A stretch of 63,933 nucleotides of DNA, the filler included, from Octopus bimaculoides (lineage: Eukaryota), in assembly GCF_001194135.2 (NCBI RefSeq). It is 6 parts of 6 records of this genome, joined end to end, with 100 filler letters (N's around TTAATTAATTAA, not from the genome) between each part and the next. Parts side by side here need not be neighbours in the genome. Positions count along the whole stretch, not along the records: positions 1 to 16,684 come from NC_068991.1; positions 16,785 to 27,847 come from NC_069001.1; 4 more parts are not named here. The stretch is one strand, 5' to 3'. The position numbers and the translations under genes are program-made. Shown here in pieces: positions 11,743 to 23,625 of this stretch (position 1 is the first letter of the stretch; every line of letters starts with the position of its first letter). The notes beneath the pieces were generated by a model. It ran no database searches and was not told where the DNA came from. It saw only the letters and a program-made list of their open reading frames with translations.

Positions 11743-12197
11743 CAGGCACATGCATCACAACCATATGTGCCCGACATGGTGATCTCATATCAAGATAAAC
11801 AACGCATGACCTTGCAGGTGGGGGCCAAGTTAGAATTTTCTTCAGTTCGAGTAACCCATCCCGCACAAAAAGGTCCCTGAATAAAGCTTGTTTAAGGTTG
11901 TTGAACGAAACACCCATGTTTCCAAAGGTGAATTATCTAAACCCTAAAGAATTCATCTCAGCACATAACTATGATACTCCCCCACTACATCTGTTCGTGA
12001 TCAGAGATGCACATATCGTCAGCCACCAAGGGACATGCTCAACTGGTTAAGGTCAAACAACTGACATTCAAATCTGTGGTATTGAGCAGAATATTTGTTG
12101 TAGCCCATCTTTTATACCAAGACAAAACAATGATGACACTTCCAGTCAGTTAAGATCAGAAGCCATAAGAGCCACTGCCTGGTACTGCATCAGAGTA
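11743..12197 (-). mobile_element. ~560-bp (TAA)-associated element, copy 2
   Basis: Matches ~4910-5372; followed by (TTA)n at ~12200-12243. Confidence 0.8.
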
Positions 12198-12200
12198 TAA

Positions 12201-12240
<40 letters not shown>

Positions 12241-12243
12241 TAT

Positions 12244-12637
12244 TGTCTTTGCACAGCTTCTAACGCTGGAGATGTACTATAGTGTCAGCTGTTCAATACC
12301 AGTGAACTAAGGTAATATCTCTTATTTTTCGATCACCTTCAGAAGCATTACATCGGTTCCAAGCAGTGCTGATTTCTGCAAGTGCTCCACCCTTATTGCA
12401 GCCCCTATTTGTTCCACGTACTTCTCGAGATTTTTGCTCACTGTTCCCAGGGCTCCAACAATTACTGGTACTACTGCTACCTTTTTCAGCGACCACAACT
12501 GCTTTACTTCCCAAGCTAACCTGTCATATCTCTCGTCTTTTCTTTCTTCCTTATCGCATAACTTGTTGTCAGCTGGGCATGCTATATCTATGATCCAGCA
12601 TAGTTTGCTTTCTTTCTCAATTAAGACTATGTCCGGC

Positions 12638-12640
<3 letters not shown>
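12244..12640 (-). mobile_element. R4/Dong-type LINE 3' fragment (restriction-like endonuclease end)
   Basis: Translation (one frameshift): KPDIVLIEKESKLCWIIDIACPAD...VAVVPVIVGALGTVSKNLEKYVEQIGAAIRVEHLQKSALLGT; (TAA)n on both sides. Confidence 0.8.
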
Positions 12641-12701
<61 letters not shown>

Positions 12702-12702
<1 letters not shown>

Positions 12703-13660
12703 TTATGTTTGACTTTTGCTTTACATTTATACAAGTTAGCTCCAAGGCTCATCCAGAGACCTCAAGAGGTAAGTTAGAAATTGATGTTGGTGTTATGCCT
12801 AGGGTGTCATATATTTGGTTTTGCACATATTGTTCTACGGAATGTTTAAGAAAATAGAAAATAATGAGTTTCTTTTAAAATTTGAGATCACATAGACAGT
12901 ATTTTACGTAGGATATGGGCAGTTCCCATGAGCACTATCTTTTGAACTTCAGCCATTTTGGGGTTTGAGCTAGGTAGCAATCAGCCCTTTTTGCTATCAT
13001 TCCTATGGCACCTATGACAACAGGTATTGTTTTAGTCTTCAGGTTCCACATTTTGTTAATTTCTATTTCAAGATCTTTATACTTGCTCAGTTTTTGGTAG
13101 GTCTTGACAGATACGTTTATGCCGACTCGGACAGCCATATCAATGAGGAGGCATGATTTTTGTCTGAAGTCTTTCAATATGATGCAAAGCAAGTTTCTTA
13201 ACCATACAATCATGAAGCTAGAATGACATAGCTCGAACAGGATTGAATGATATGGCACTAAACACTGCAACCAACAACAACAGCAGAAACAGCAACAACA
13301 ACTGCATCAGCAACAAAAACAGGAATGAAGATGACAAACTAAAAGAGGCATGGCTGGCTTATTTGCATCTATCTTTCTGTCAGTTTGACTGGTGAAGTTC
13401 CAGAGGAGCGAGATGCGATCATTTTCAAGCATTGGAGGTGGTTTGTGTTCCCACCAGTTTTTATCATGGGGCAAGTCCAGGGTTTTGCAAATTACCCAGC
13501 GAATATACTGTGCTGCTCAATCATGCCTGTTGAGATACTCTGTAGGCGCAAGAAGACTGCACTTGGAGACAACATGATCAATGGTTTCATTTTGTTGTTG
13601 ACATACACGACATGTTGGGAAACAACCGCTTTTTAATATGTTGGCCTGGTAGTTCCTTGT
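12702..13660 (-). mobile_element. R4/Dong-type LINE 3' fragment (CCHC zinc knuckle + endonuclease + 3' UTR), interrupted at ~13186-13352
   Basis: CRVCQQQNETIDHVVSKCSLLAPTEYLNRHD...WWEHKP...DRKIDANKP, then IILKDFRQKSCLLIDMAV...SKYKDLEIEINKMWNLKTKTIPVVIGAIG; TAA tail 12641-12701. Confidence 0.85.
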
Positions 13661-13665
13661 AGGTA

Positions 13666-13721
<56 letters not shown>

Positions 13722-13722
<1 letters not shown>

Positions 13723-13955
13723 TCTTTTTATCACAGGTTTTGTTGGAGCTCCTGGAGTCTTGCATGGAACCATGCTATTCGTTCTTTTCAGCTATCTAAT
13801 ACTTTCTTGATTATTCTGGCCGTGTCAAGGAGGCAAACCTTTCGTAACAGTTCTACTGGGTACTCTATTCCAATTTCCTTTATATTCCTCTTGATGCCTT
13901 CTGATACTGTTCCCAAGAATCCAACAATAATTGGCACTATCTTCACCTTCTTCAT
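13722..13955 (-). mobile_element. R4/Dong-type LINE 3' end
   Basis: MKKVKIVPIIVGFLGTVSEGIKRNIKEIGIEYPVELLRKVCLLDTARIIKKVLDS*; TAA tail 13668-13721. Confidence 0.8.
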
Positions 13956-14739
13956 NNNNNNNNNNNNNNNNNNNNNNNNNNNNNNNNNNNNNNNNNNNNN
14001 NNNNNNNNNNNNNNNNNNNNNNNNNNNNNNNNNNNNNNNNNNNNNNNNNNNNNNNNNNNNNNNNNNNNNNNNNNNNNNNNNNNNNNNNNNNNNNNNNNNN
14101 NNNNNNNNNNNNNNNNNNNNNNNNNNNNNNNNNNNNNNNNNNNNNNNNNNNNNNNNNNNNNNNNNNNNNNNNNNNNNNNNNNNNNNNNNNNNNNNNNNNN
14201 NNNNNNNNNNNNNNNNNNNNNNNNNNNNNNNNNNNNNNNNNNNNNNNNNNNNNNNNNNNNNNNNNNNNNNNNNNNNNNNNNNNNNNNNNNNNNNNNNNNN
14301 NNNNNNNNNNNNNNNNNNNNNNNNNNNNNNNNNNNNNNNNNNNNNNNNNNNNNNNNNNNNNNNNNNNNNNNNNNNNNNNNNNNNNNNNNNNNNNNNNNNN
14401 NNNNNNNNNNNNNNNNNNNNNNNNNNNNNNNNNNNNNNNNNNNNNNNNNNNNNNNNNNNNNNNNNNNNNNNNNNNNNNNNNNNNNNNNNNNNNNNNNNNN
14501 NNNNNNNNNNNNNNNNNNNNNNNNNNNNNNNNNNNNNNNNNNNACAAATGGATAAATATAAAGAAAGAAGGAAAGAAAGAAAGAAGGAAAGAAAGAAAGA
14601 TGGAAAGAAAAGAAGAATGGAAAGAAGGAAGGATGGAAGGAAGGAAGGAAGGAAGGAAGGATGTCAATTAGGCACACATGACAATTAGTATTTGATTGGT
14701 TGGTTGAGCATAATACCCTACTTAGAAGTGGTCGGATCT

Positions 14740-14792
14740 GATTATTATGATGGTGACGATTATGACAATTATGATGTGAATGATGATGATGG

Positions 14793-14824
<32 letters not shown>

Positions 14825-16192
14825 ATGATGATGATGATGATAGTGGGGATTATTATGGTGGTGGTGATGATGATGATAATGATGATGATGATGATGATAA
14901 TGATAATGATAGTGGGGATTATTATGGCGACGGTGATGATGATGATGACGATGGTGATGCTGTTGATGGTGATGGTGATGGTGATGATGATGACGACGAC
15001 GATGCAGATGATGATGACGACTATGACGATGACGACGACGATGATGATAATGAGGAGGAGAAAGAGGAGCAGGAGCAGGAGGAGCAGGAGCAGGAGGAGC
15101 AGGAGCAGGAGGAAGAAGAGGAGACGNNNNNNNNNNNNNNNNNNNNNNNNNNNNNNNNNNNNNNNNNNNNNNNNNNNNNNNNNNNNNNNNNNNNNNNNNN
15201 NNNNNNNNNNNNNNNNNNNNNNNNNNNNNNNNNNNNNNNNNNNNNNNNNNNNNNNNNNNNNNNNNNNNNNNNNNNNNNNNNNNNNNNNNNNNNNNNNNNN
15301 NNNNNNNNNNNNNNNNNNNNNNNNNNNNNNNNNNNNNNNNNNNNNNNNNNNNNNNNNNNNNNNNNNNNNNNNNNNNNNNNNNNNNNNNNNNNNNNNNNNN
15401 NNNNNNNNNNNNNNNNNNNNNNNNNNNNNNNNNNNNNNNNNNNNNNNNNNNNNNNNNNNNNNNNNNNNNNNNNNNNNNNNNNNNNNNNNNNNNNNNNNNN
15501 NNNNNNNNNNNNNNNNNNNNNNNNNNNNNNNNNNNNNNNNNNNNNNNNNNNNNNNNNNNNNNNNNNNNNNNNNNNNNNNNNNNNNNNNNNNNNNNNNNNN
15601 NNNNNNNNNNNNNNNNNNNNNNNNNNNNNNNNNNNNNNNNNNNNNNNNNNNNNNNNNGAAGAAGAAGAGGAGGAGGAGGAGGAAGAAGAGAAGGAGGAAG
15701 AAGAGAAAGAGGAGGAAGAAGAGGAAGAAGAGAAAGAGGAGGAAGAAGAGGAAGAAGAGGAGGAGGAAGGGGAGGAGGAAGAAGGGGAGGAGGAAGAAGA
15801 GGAGGAGGAGGAAGAAGAAGAGGAGGAGGAGGAGGAAGAAGAGAAGGAGGAAGAAGAAGAGGAAGGAGAGGAGGAGGAAGGACGGAGGAGGAAGGAGAGG
15901 AGGAGGAAGGAGAGGAGGAAGAGGAGGAGGGAGGAAGAGGAGGAGGGAGGGGATGATGATGGTGGTGATGATGGTGACGACGATGATAGTGGTGAGGGAA
16001 CGATGATGATGACGACGACGACGACGATGACGACGATGATGATGATGGTGATGGTGGTCGTGGTCGTGATGTTGATGATGCTGATGATGAGGAGGAAGAA
16101 AGAGAAGCGGATCATGTTGGTGGTGGGGTGACAATGATGATGACGATGACGATGTTGGGAAGCGGACGACGACCAATACAACGATGATGACG

Positions 16193-16223
<31 letters not shown>

Positions 16224-16300
16224 CGATGATGATGATGATGATGATGATGACGATGAAGATGATGATGATGATGATGATGATGCTTGACCACAACGATGAT
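14740..16300. repeat. (GAT)n/(GAG,GAA)n trinucleotide low-complexity block with gap
   Basis: Seen directly; N gap 15127-15657. Confidence 0.9.
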
Positions 16301-16442
16301 AATATTAAAGGTGAGCCGGTAGCATCGAAGCTGTCGTTGTTTGTTATAGCGTAGCCACCATGTCTGCTCTGATCAAAAGACATGATAGGCCGAACGACAG
16401 ATTGGTTTCCTTTTCTAGAAAATACCATACATCCACCGACCT

Positions 16443-16660
16443 ACTCTCTTTTACTCTCTTTTACTTGTTTCAATCATTTGACTGTGGCCATGCTGGAGCA
16501 CCGCCTTTAGCCGAGCAAATCGACCCCAGGACTTATTCTTTGTAAGCCTAGTACTTATTCTATCGGTCTATTTTGCCGAACCGCTAAGTTACGGGGACGT
16601 AAACACACCAGCATCGGTAGTCAAGCGATGTTGGGTAGACAAACACAGAAACACAAACAC
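16443..16660 (-). mobile_element. SINE family B 3' half
   Basis: Reverse complement of 30440-30644; ttactctcttttactct tail; runs into (CA)n. Confidence 0.85.
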
Positions 16661-16684
16661 ACACACGCACACACACACACACAC

Positions 16685-16784
16685 NNNNNNNNNNNNNNNN
16701 NNNNNNNNNNNNNNNNNNNNNNNNNNNNTTAATTAATTAANNNNNNNNNNNNNNNNNNNNNNNNNNNNNNNNNNNNNNNNNNNN
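16685..16784. other. Artificial scaffolding spacer 44N-TTAATTAATTAA-44N
   Basis: Exactly 100 bp with stops in all six frames; same structure at four other sites. Confidence 0.95.
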
Positions 16785-16823
16785 TTATATATATATATAT
16801 ATATATATACATACAAATATACA

Positions 16824-16860
<37 letters not shown>

Positions 16861-18746
16861 TCGTTTCTTTGCATATATGTGTGTGCTTTTTTTTGCGTGT
16901 TTAATAGCAACGTGGTGAATCTACGTGTTTGTGCGTCATACAGTAGCCTCCCCTGTGTGTTGGCTGAAATTCTCTAAAAAACTTTATTGTAATTTAATGA
17001 AAGATATTTTAACGAAGTATCGTTTTATCTCTTTTTTTGACTTCGTTTCCAACAACCCCGTTGTGTATTTGATTCACGTTTCGCCTTTCTTGTGTATTTA
17101 TTTCGTGGAAGAAATCATTTAATATGTTGGCAAATACACAATTATTTTATTTTATATCATATTATTGTGCAGTAGTTATTTATTTATTCTGTAAATTTTG
17201 GTTTTATTCACGTGGGCGGTACTGACGGTACTTGTGTTGCTGTAGTTCTTTACTGCTGTCAGTTTGGAATGCTGATGTTGACTGCTTCTTGATTGGGGAT
17301 GGTGATGATAAGGTTGGTGGTGATTATGACGATGAACAATGATCACAAGTATAATGGTTGCGGTGGCCTTGGTGATTTGGTCGTTGCTGTGGTTGTGACA
17401 TGTTGCNNNNNNNNNNNNNNNNNNNNNNNNNNNNNNNNNNNNNNNNNNNNNNNNNNNNNNNNNNNNNNNNNNNNNNNNNNNNNNNNNNNNNNNNNNNNNN
17501 NNNNNNNNNNNNNNNNNNNNNNNNNNNNNNNNNNNNNNNNNNNNNNNNNNNNNNNNNNNNNNNNNNNNNNNNNNNNNNNNNNNNNNNNNNNNNNNNNNNN
17601 NNNNNNNNNNNNNNNNNNNNNNNNNNNNNNNNNNNNNNNNNNNNNNNNNNNNNNNNNNNNNNNNCGATGAACAATGATCACAAGTATAATGGTTGCGGTG
17701 GCCTTGGTGATTTGGTCGTTGCTGTGGTTGTGACATGTTGCTGTTGATTATGTTGATGATGTCGACGACGACGACGACAATGATAATGGTAATAGTGATG
17801 ACTATGATGATGGTGGTGACGATGACGAAAATTATAATGATGATGATGATGATGAATATGTGATCATTACCGATCAAAATACTGATCAAAATCTGTTAAC
17901 GTGAATAATGGTTGACATTTAGATCGTCTAAGACATCTCACAACGTCTGATTTCCTATTTTGTATCGTTTCGCCTATGAGCAGCTCTTCAGGAGCAGATG
18001 TCTGATCAAAGTTTTTTCCAAATCTGATGAAATTATACGACGTTTCAGACTGTCTACAAACAGGACAACACTAAACAACTTTCTCTATTATTATAATATA
18101 TGATAGATTTTTAAAATCGTATTCAAAAGCATTTTAACAGATTTGTAGCATAGACGCTTTGTGGCTTATTCTGGTATATTCAGTAAATTCATTGAGAGCA
18201 CACAGACTCGATTGTGCCTTTATATATAACTCTTCGAAACGCCAGTGCTATAATGGTGGCAGCTGATGAAGAATATGTTCTCTATGTGGCCTGGTTCTTT
18301 GTTGTACCTTGTTTATCATTTTGTCCATGTTCTTTTGCAACGTCATGTACTCAGAAATGAATCTATATATACATGTAGATGAAGGTATGTACATACATGT
18401 ACATATATATGCATATACTCATATATTATGTGTGTGTCTGTGTGTGTGACCACATGCTTCTCCAAAATTTTGATGTTAGTAATTTTCTCTGGTTTAGGTG
18501 TGTGTCTGCGGTGGTGGTTTTAATGAGGTGTCAGGTACATCTCTTTGTGAACTGGATGGAATATTTATATCTCTGTGTATGTGTGTGTGTGTGTATGGAC
18601 CTACATACATGTTTATGTGTATACATGTATGTAAGTGTTTATATATGCCTTAATTTATCTTTAGCGTTAGAGTTACTTTTAGCATAACCGGTACTGAACA
18701 ACACTCTCAGTTACTTTTGTGACCTTTCTCTCTTTCTCTCTCTCTT

Positions 18747-18797
<51 letters not shown>

Positions 18798-18814
18798 TAC
18801 TACACACACACACG

Positions 18815-18846
<32 letters not shown>

Positions 18847-19325
18847 GTTATGGTATATTCTGTTAAGAAAGTAGTAGAGTACAGTAGAAGTCTCGTCCAT
18901 AAACAGATTTTGCGTTTGGGCATGTCATGTGTGAATATGTAATTGAAAAAACTGGAGTCAGCAAGAAGTGGTACGTTTGGATAATTATTTTTTAATCACT
19001 ACATATATATATATACGCGGGTGCGCGGGGGAGGGTGTGCGTGCGCGCGTGTGTGTGTGTGTGTACGCGTATACATTTATCTACATACAGATTGTCTTTG
19101 AAATATTTGTGTTACTATCTGCTAATATTTCACTTTTAGTTCGCCAGTGTTTATTTAGAATATTTCATTTGTATTTCCATAATTGAATGAAAAAACTGTT
19201 AAAATTATATTTGAGAATGCATTTTCGTTGATTTTAATATTATATCATTTAATGTACTTGAGTAAGTGTTAATGCGTATAAACTATTCTTTGTCGTAATA
19301 AATAATAATACACTCTAAAGATGTT

Positions 19326-19687
19326 ATTGTTGTTGGCACTCCGTCGCTTACGACGTCGAGTGTTCCAATTGATCCGAAATTAACGTGCAAGTGGCTGAGC
19401 ACTCCACACACACGTGTACCCTTACCGTAGTTCTCGGGGATATTCAGCGTGACACAGTGTGACAAGGCTGACCCTTTGAATTACAGGCACAACAGAAACA
19501 GAAAGTAAGAGTGAGAGAAATTTGTGGTGAAAGAGTACAGCAGGGTTTGCCACCATCTCTTGCCGGAGCTTCGTGGAGCTTTAGGTGTTTTCGCTCAATA
19601 AACACTCACAACACCCGGTCTGGGAATCGAAACCGCGGTCCTAAGACCGCGAGTCCGTTGCCCTAAAAACTGGGCCATTGCGCCTCC
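19326..19687 (-). mobile_element. tRNA-derived SINE family C (~370 bp)
   Basis: Reverse complement of 38354-38733; A-box/B-box head; (CAA)n-like tail. Confidence 0.85.
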
Positions 19688-20507
19688 AAAGATGTTAATA
19701 CATAATGTTGAATGTAAACTATCTCCTGGGTACACCTTCAGGAATGCGTAGCACATTTTTTTTTGGCCTCACCCATGTTATGTCGGGTATTTTCTGGTGC
19801 CTCTATTGTTCAGTTACACGCTCTCCAGAAGTATATACGCTTTCTAGACCTGCTCCCTTGCATGTGACATCGTATTAACCGATCTTTAGAAATATAAACG
19901 TAATCTTTGATTGAAATCCTACCGTGGGCAATAATAAATATTTTGGATGATACAGCTGCGATTTAAAGGACTCGCCGCTGAAGCTCATACGATTAGGATC
20001 CTGAATCACCAGGAATGATCTGATGCCTAGCAATAACAAATGAAATAAAAAATGATATTTTTGTTTCTGTAACCTTATAAAAAATACTTACAGTATTGCT
20101 ATTCTTGTATTGAGCAGTACTATTATGTAGAATAGAAGGACGGTGAAAGCAGAATAAGATTTAGATATAATATTTGACACAGTCCTTCAACACGTAAAAA
20201 GACAATCATAAATAAAATAGAAGCTCGCATATGACGATAAACATTTGCTTTTCTCACGTTATATTTTTCAACCCGGGGCTCTTCTTTTAGCTCTTTGTGT
20301 TCATTTATATTTCAGAGAAGAGTAACAAAGAGCATGACGATATAGATTTGTTCTGCGGCAGGTGATACAAATACCGCAGCAGACTATATAAACAAAACTA
20401 AAAGGAGCAACAATAACTTTAACCATTTCGAACCATTCTAAAAATAATAAAAATTTTTATTGGAATTCTTAACGTTATAATGGAAAATAGGATACACATT
20501 CATGCAA

Positions 20508-20549
<42 letters not shown>

Positions 20550-20689
20550 TCGTATGTTTGTGTGGAGGTTCATGGCTTAGTGCAGAGAACGCTCGAAGCA
20601 TTAAGTGCATAGAGTGTTGCTTACAAATTGTAAGATTGTTGTTTCGATTCCTGGACTGCAGACGTGTTGTATTCTTATTATATCTTTGA

Positions 20690-20975
20690 AAGCCTGATAC
20701 TTATTCACTCCGTCTTTTGCCGAACCGCTGTATTACGAGGATGTAAACACATCAACACCGGTTGTTAGGCAGTGGTGGCTGGAGGCCATACACAAACTCA
20801 AAGACACGATCATATGTATACACATACATACATACATATTTGCTGGGGTTCTTTCAGTTTCTATCTACCAAGTTTTAGTAGGCCCGAAGCTATAGTAAAA
20901 GACAACTGCCAAAGATGCCACGCAGTGGGACTGAACCCAGAAGAATGTGGTTGGCAAGCAAGCATCTTATCACAC
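20690..20975 (-). mobile_element. SINE family B, degenerate, with internal microsatellite
   Basis: Tail part ccgaaccgct...gtaaacac, (CATA)n, then head part gatgccacgcagtgggactgaaccc. Confidence 0.7.
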
Positions 20976-21997
20976 ATCTAATGCTTTCGAAGTCATGGCA
21001 GATACAAATTTATCATTGAAAAACGGAAGGGAAGGAAAAGTATAGATTGTTGTGATCTGTAATTTATTCGCTATCCTAAAACTATACCAAAACCCGCCTG
21101 TAGCCATTCTAGATTAATTTCTTTCATGAATCTTTACCTTTTTGTTTTGGACATTATGTCGTCACTGCTGCAGTCGTTATGATGTCATAGTCACTGATAC
21201 TATTGTTGTTGTTCTTGTTGCTACTGCAGACTTGTTCTTGTTTTTGTTGTTGCAGATGTCGTTGCTGCTGCGGCTACTGCAATTTTTTTTTGTTTATTTC
21301 ATAAATAACCATTGAACAGCTTTTCTTTCTGTCACTGATCTGAATTAGACATTTTGAAGAAAAGAAGAAAAAAAAAGACCATGAAAATGTTATAAACATG
21401 GCGTAGAAAGTTCTTTTTTTTTTTGTCTCATTTTTATATATATTTGTTATATACGGTTTGTTTTGGAATTATTTTCTTTGATTTTGTGCTATTTTCGTGC
21501 TCCTTTTTTTTTTTTTTTGGCAGGTAATGGTGTTTGGTTTAATTCAAATTTATTCTTGATCCTTGATGAGACTCCAACTGCGGATGATTGATGCTTAATT
21601 ATAATCAGGAATTAAAGTGAAGAAAAGAAAACGAAAAATAAAAAAAAATATTCGTACAAAATTAACGAAAGAATTGCAAACAACAAGATACGCTTTTGTC
21701 TAATTTCATAAACGGTTCTGCTTCAGTTGCAAATATGGAATGCGTTAAGATTACAGAAACTTCTGTTTAGGCTTACACACATTTTTGTTGAATAATTTAC
21801 TGCTGTTTTGTTTTACATTTCTCATTTAAAAAAAATCATATTAGTCATTTGATATTTGCCAGTATTGCACAGATATTGTTCATTTTGATAATGTTGATAT
21901 TGTTATACAAGACATTGCTGATGTTGCTCATATTGTTATTGGTGTTATTAAAGCTGTACTGATGTTGCTGTTGTTGGCAATGTTGCTGATAATTTCA

Positions 21998-23404
21998 AGG
22001 TGGTGAGCTGGCGGAATTGTTAGCACGCCGGGCAAAATACTTAGCGGCATTTCGTCCGTCTGCATGTTATGAGTTCAAATTCTATAAAGTCGACTTTGCC
22101 TTTCATCTTTTCGGAGTCAGTAATAACATTGTACTTGAGCATTCCTGGAAATGTCAGACCTTATTTCTTCAACAGAAACGTACATTAAAATTATTGGTAA
22201 GGCGGCGTGCTGGCAGAAACGTTGGCACGCCGAGCGAAATGCTTAGCGGAATTTCGTCTGCCCTTACGTTCTGAGTTCAAATTCCACCGAGGTCGCTTTT
22301 GCCTTTCATCCTTTCGGGGTTGATAAATTAAGTACCAGTTACGCTCTGGGATCGATGTGATCGATTTAATACCTTTGTCTGTCTTTGTTTGTCTCTATGT
22401 TAAACCTTTTGTGGGCAATAAAAGAAATAAGAAACGTTAGCACGCCGGGCGATATATTATCGGTATTTCGTCTGCAGCTACGTTCTGAGTTCAAATTCCA
22501 CCGAGGTCTACTTTGCCTTTCATCCTTTCGAGGGTCAATAAATTAAGTATTGCGTATTGGGGTCAATCTAATCGACTGGCTCCCTCCCCCAAAATTTCGG
22601 GCCGTGTGCCTATATAATCAAAACTTGAAACCATTATTATTGTTGTTAATAGTATTATTATTAACAGTGTTGGAACGCGGCTAGTTGACAGAATCGTGAA
22701 CAAGCCGGGCAACATGCTCAGCCGCATTTCGTCTTCACATTCTGAGGGCAGATTCCTCAGATGTCAATTTTAATTTCATCATTTCAGGAATGAAAAATGA
22801 GTACCACTTGAGCACTTAAGTTCTCCGAAATTGATTGTATTCTGCAAAACTTGGTACCATTATAAACACTTATTTACATTATTTACATTTCACGGATATT
22901 TGTCCTCATCTTCCTTGTTGTAGACACAACGTTTCGGCTGATATACCCTCCAGCCTTCACCAGGTGTCTTGGGGAAAATTCGAACCTGGGTTCTCATTCC
23001 TAAGGTATTTTTCGATGTCGTTGCTGTTATGACGGTGAGCTGGCAGAATCGTTTGCACGCCAGGTGAAATGCTTTGCGGTATTTCGTCTGCCACTGCGTT
23101 CTGATTTCAAATTCCGCCGAGATCGACTTTTCGGGGTCGATAAATTAAGTACCAGTTACGCACTGGGGTCGATATAATCGACTTAATCCGTTTGTCTGTC
23201 CTTGTTTGTCCCCTCTGTGTGTAGCCCCTTGTGGGCAGTAAAGAAATAGGTATTTCGTCTGCCGTTACGTTCTGAGTTCAAACTATGCCGATGTCGACTT
23301 TGCCTTTCATCCTTTCGCGTTCGATTAAATAAGTTCCAGTTACGCACTGGGGTCGGTGAAATCGACTTAAACCCTTTGTTTGTCCCCTGTGGGCAATAAA
23401 GAAT
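21998..23404 (+). mobile_element. Cluster of six co-oriented SINE family A copies
   Basis: Copy starts near 21998, 22199, 22431, 22675, 23033 and 23248. Confidence 0.85.
22922..22969 (-). ncRNA. Type I minimal hammerhead motif in a Penelope-like LTR fragment (core A6-to-G)
   Basis: Minus strand reads agacac-CTGGTGA-A-ggctg-gagggtatat-cagcc-GAAACGTT-gtgtct; 6-bp stem I, 5-bp stem II, palindromic stem III. Confidence 0.7.
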
Positions 23405-23438
23405 TAAACTATTATTATTATTACTATTATATTATTAT

Positions 23439-23516
23439 TCAGGTCACTACCTGGAATCTAACTCGGAATCTTGGGGTTAGTAGCCTGCTCTATTAACTAC
23501 TACGCCATATGCCCGT
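23439..23516 (-). mobile_element. Very short tRNA-like SINE with (TAA)n tail
   Basis: gggcatatggcgtagtagttaa (A-box-like)...ccgagttagattcc (B-box-like) followed directly by aataataat (23409-23438). Confidence 0.55.
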
Positions 23517-23517
23517 A

Positions 23518-23625
23518 GCTGGAGGGTATATCAGCCGAAGCGTTGTATTAACAACAAAGACGAGGACAAATATCCGTCAAATGTAAATAATGTAAATAAT
23601 TCCTCATCTCTTAAGTACAGAACTG
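23518..23625 (+). mobile_element. Truncated second copy of the 22.9-kb Penelope-like LTR, inverted
   Basis: gctggagggtatatcagccgaagcgttg...gaggacaaatatccgtcaaatgtaaataatgtaaataa is the reverse complement of ~22870-22955. Confidence 0.75.

Noticed and set aside
14692-16131. Asp/Glu-rich acidic ORF resembling a biomineralisation or chaperone protein
   Set aside because: It is a (GAT)n/(GAG)n mosaic open in several frames and on both strands, spans a gap, and has no splice or domain support
16729-16740. TTAATTAATTAA palindrome recurring five times
   Set aside because: Always centred in exactly 44N+44N; an artificial six-frame-stop scaffolding spacer, not biology
17330-17741. Identical 77-bp direct repeat on both sides of an N gap
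   Set aside because: Most likely unmerged overlapping contig ends
19326-19687. Functional tRNA genes in SINE heads (also 38354, 30172, 23439)
   Set aside because: A/B boxes are present but acceptor stems are incomplete and the heads continue into repeat bodies
20315-20365. Possible micro-exon (tttcag|...KSNKEHDDIDLFCG...|gtgata)
   Set aside because: Weak donor site, no partner exons or homology; expected by chance in 60 kb
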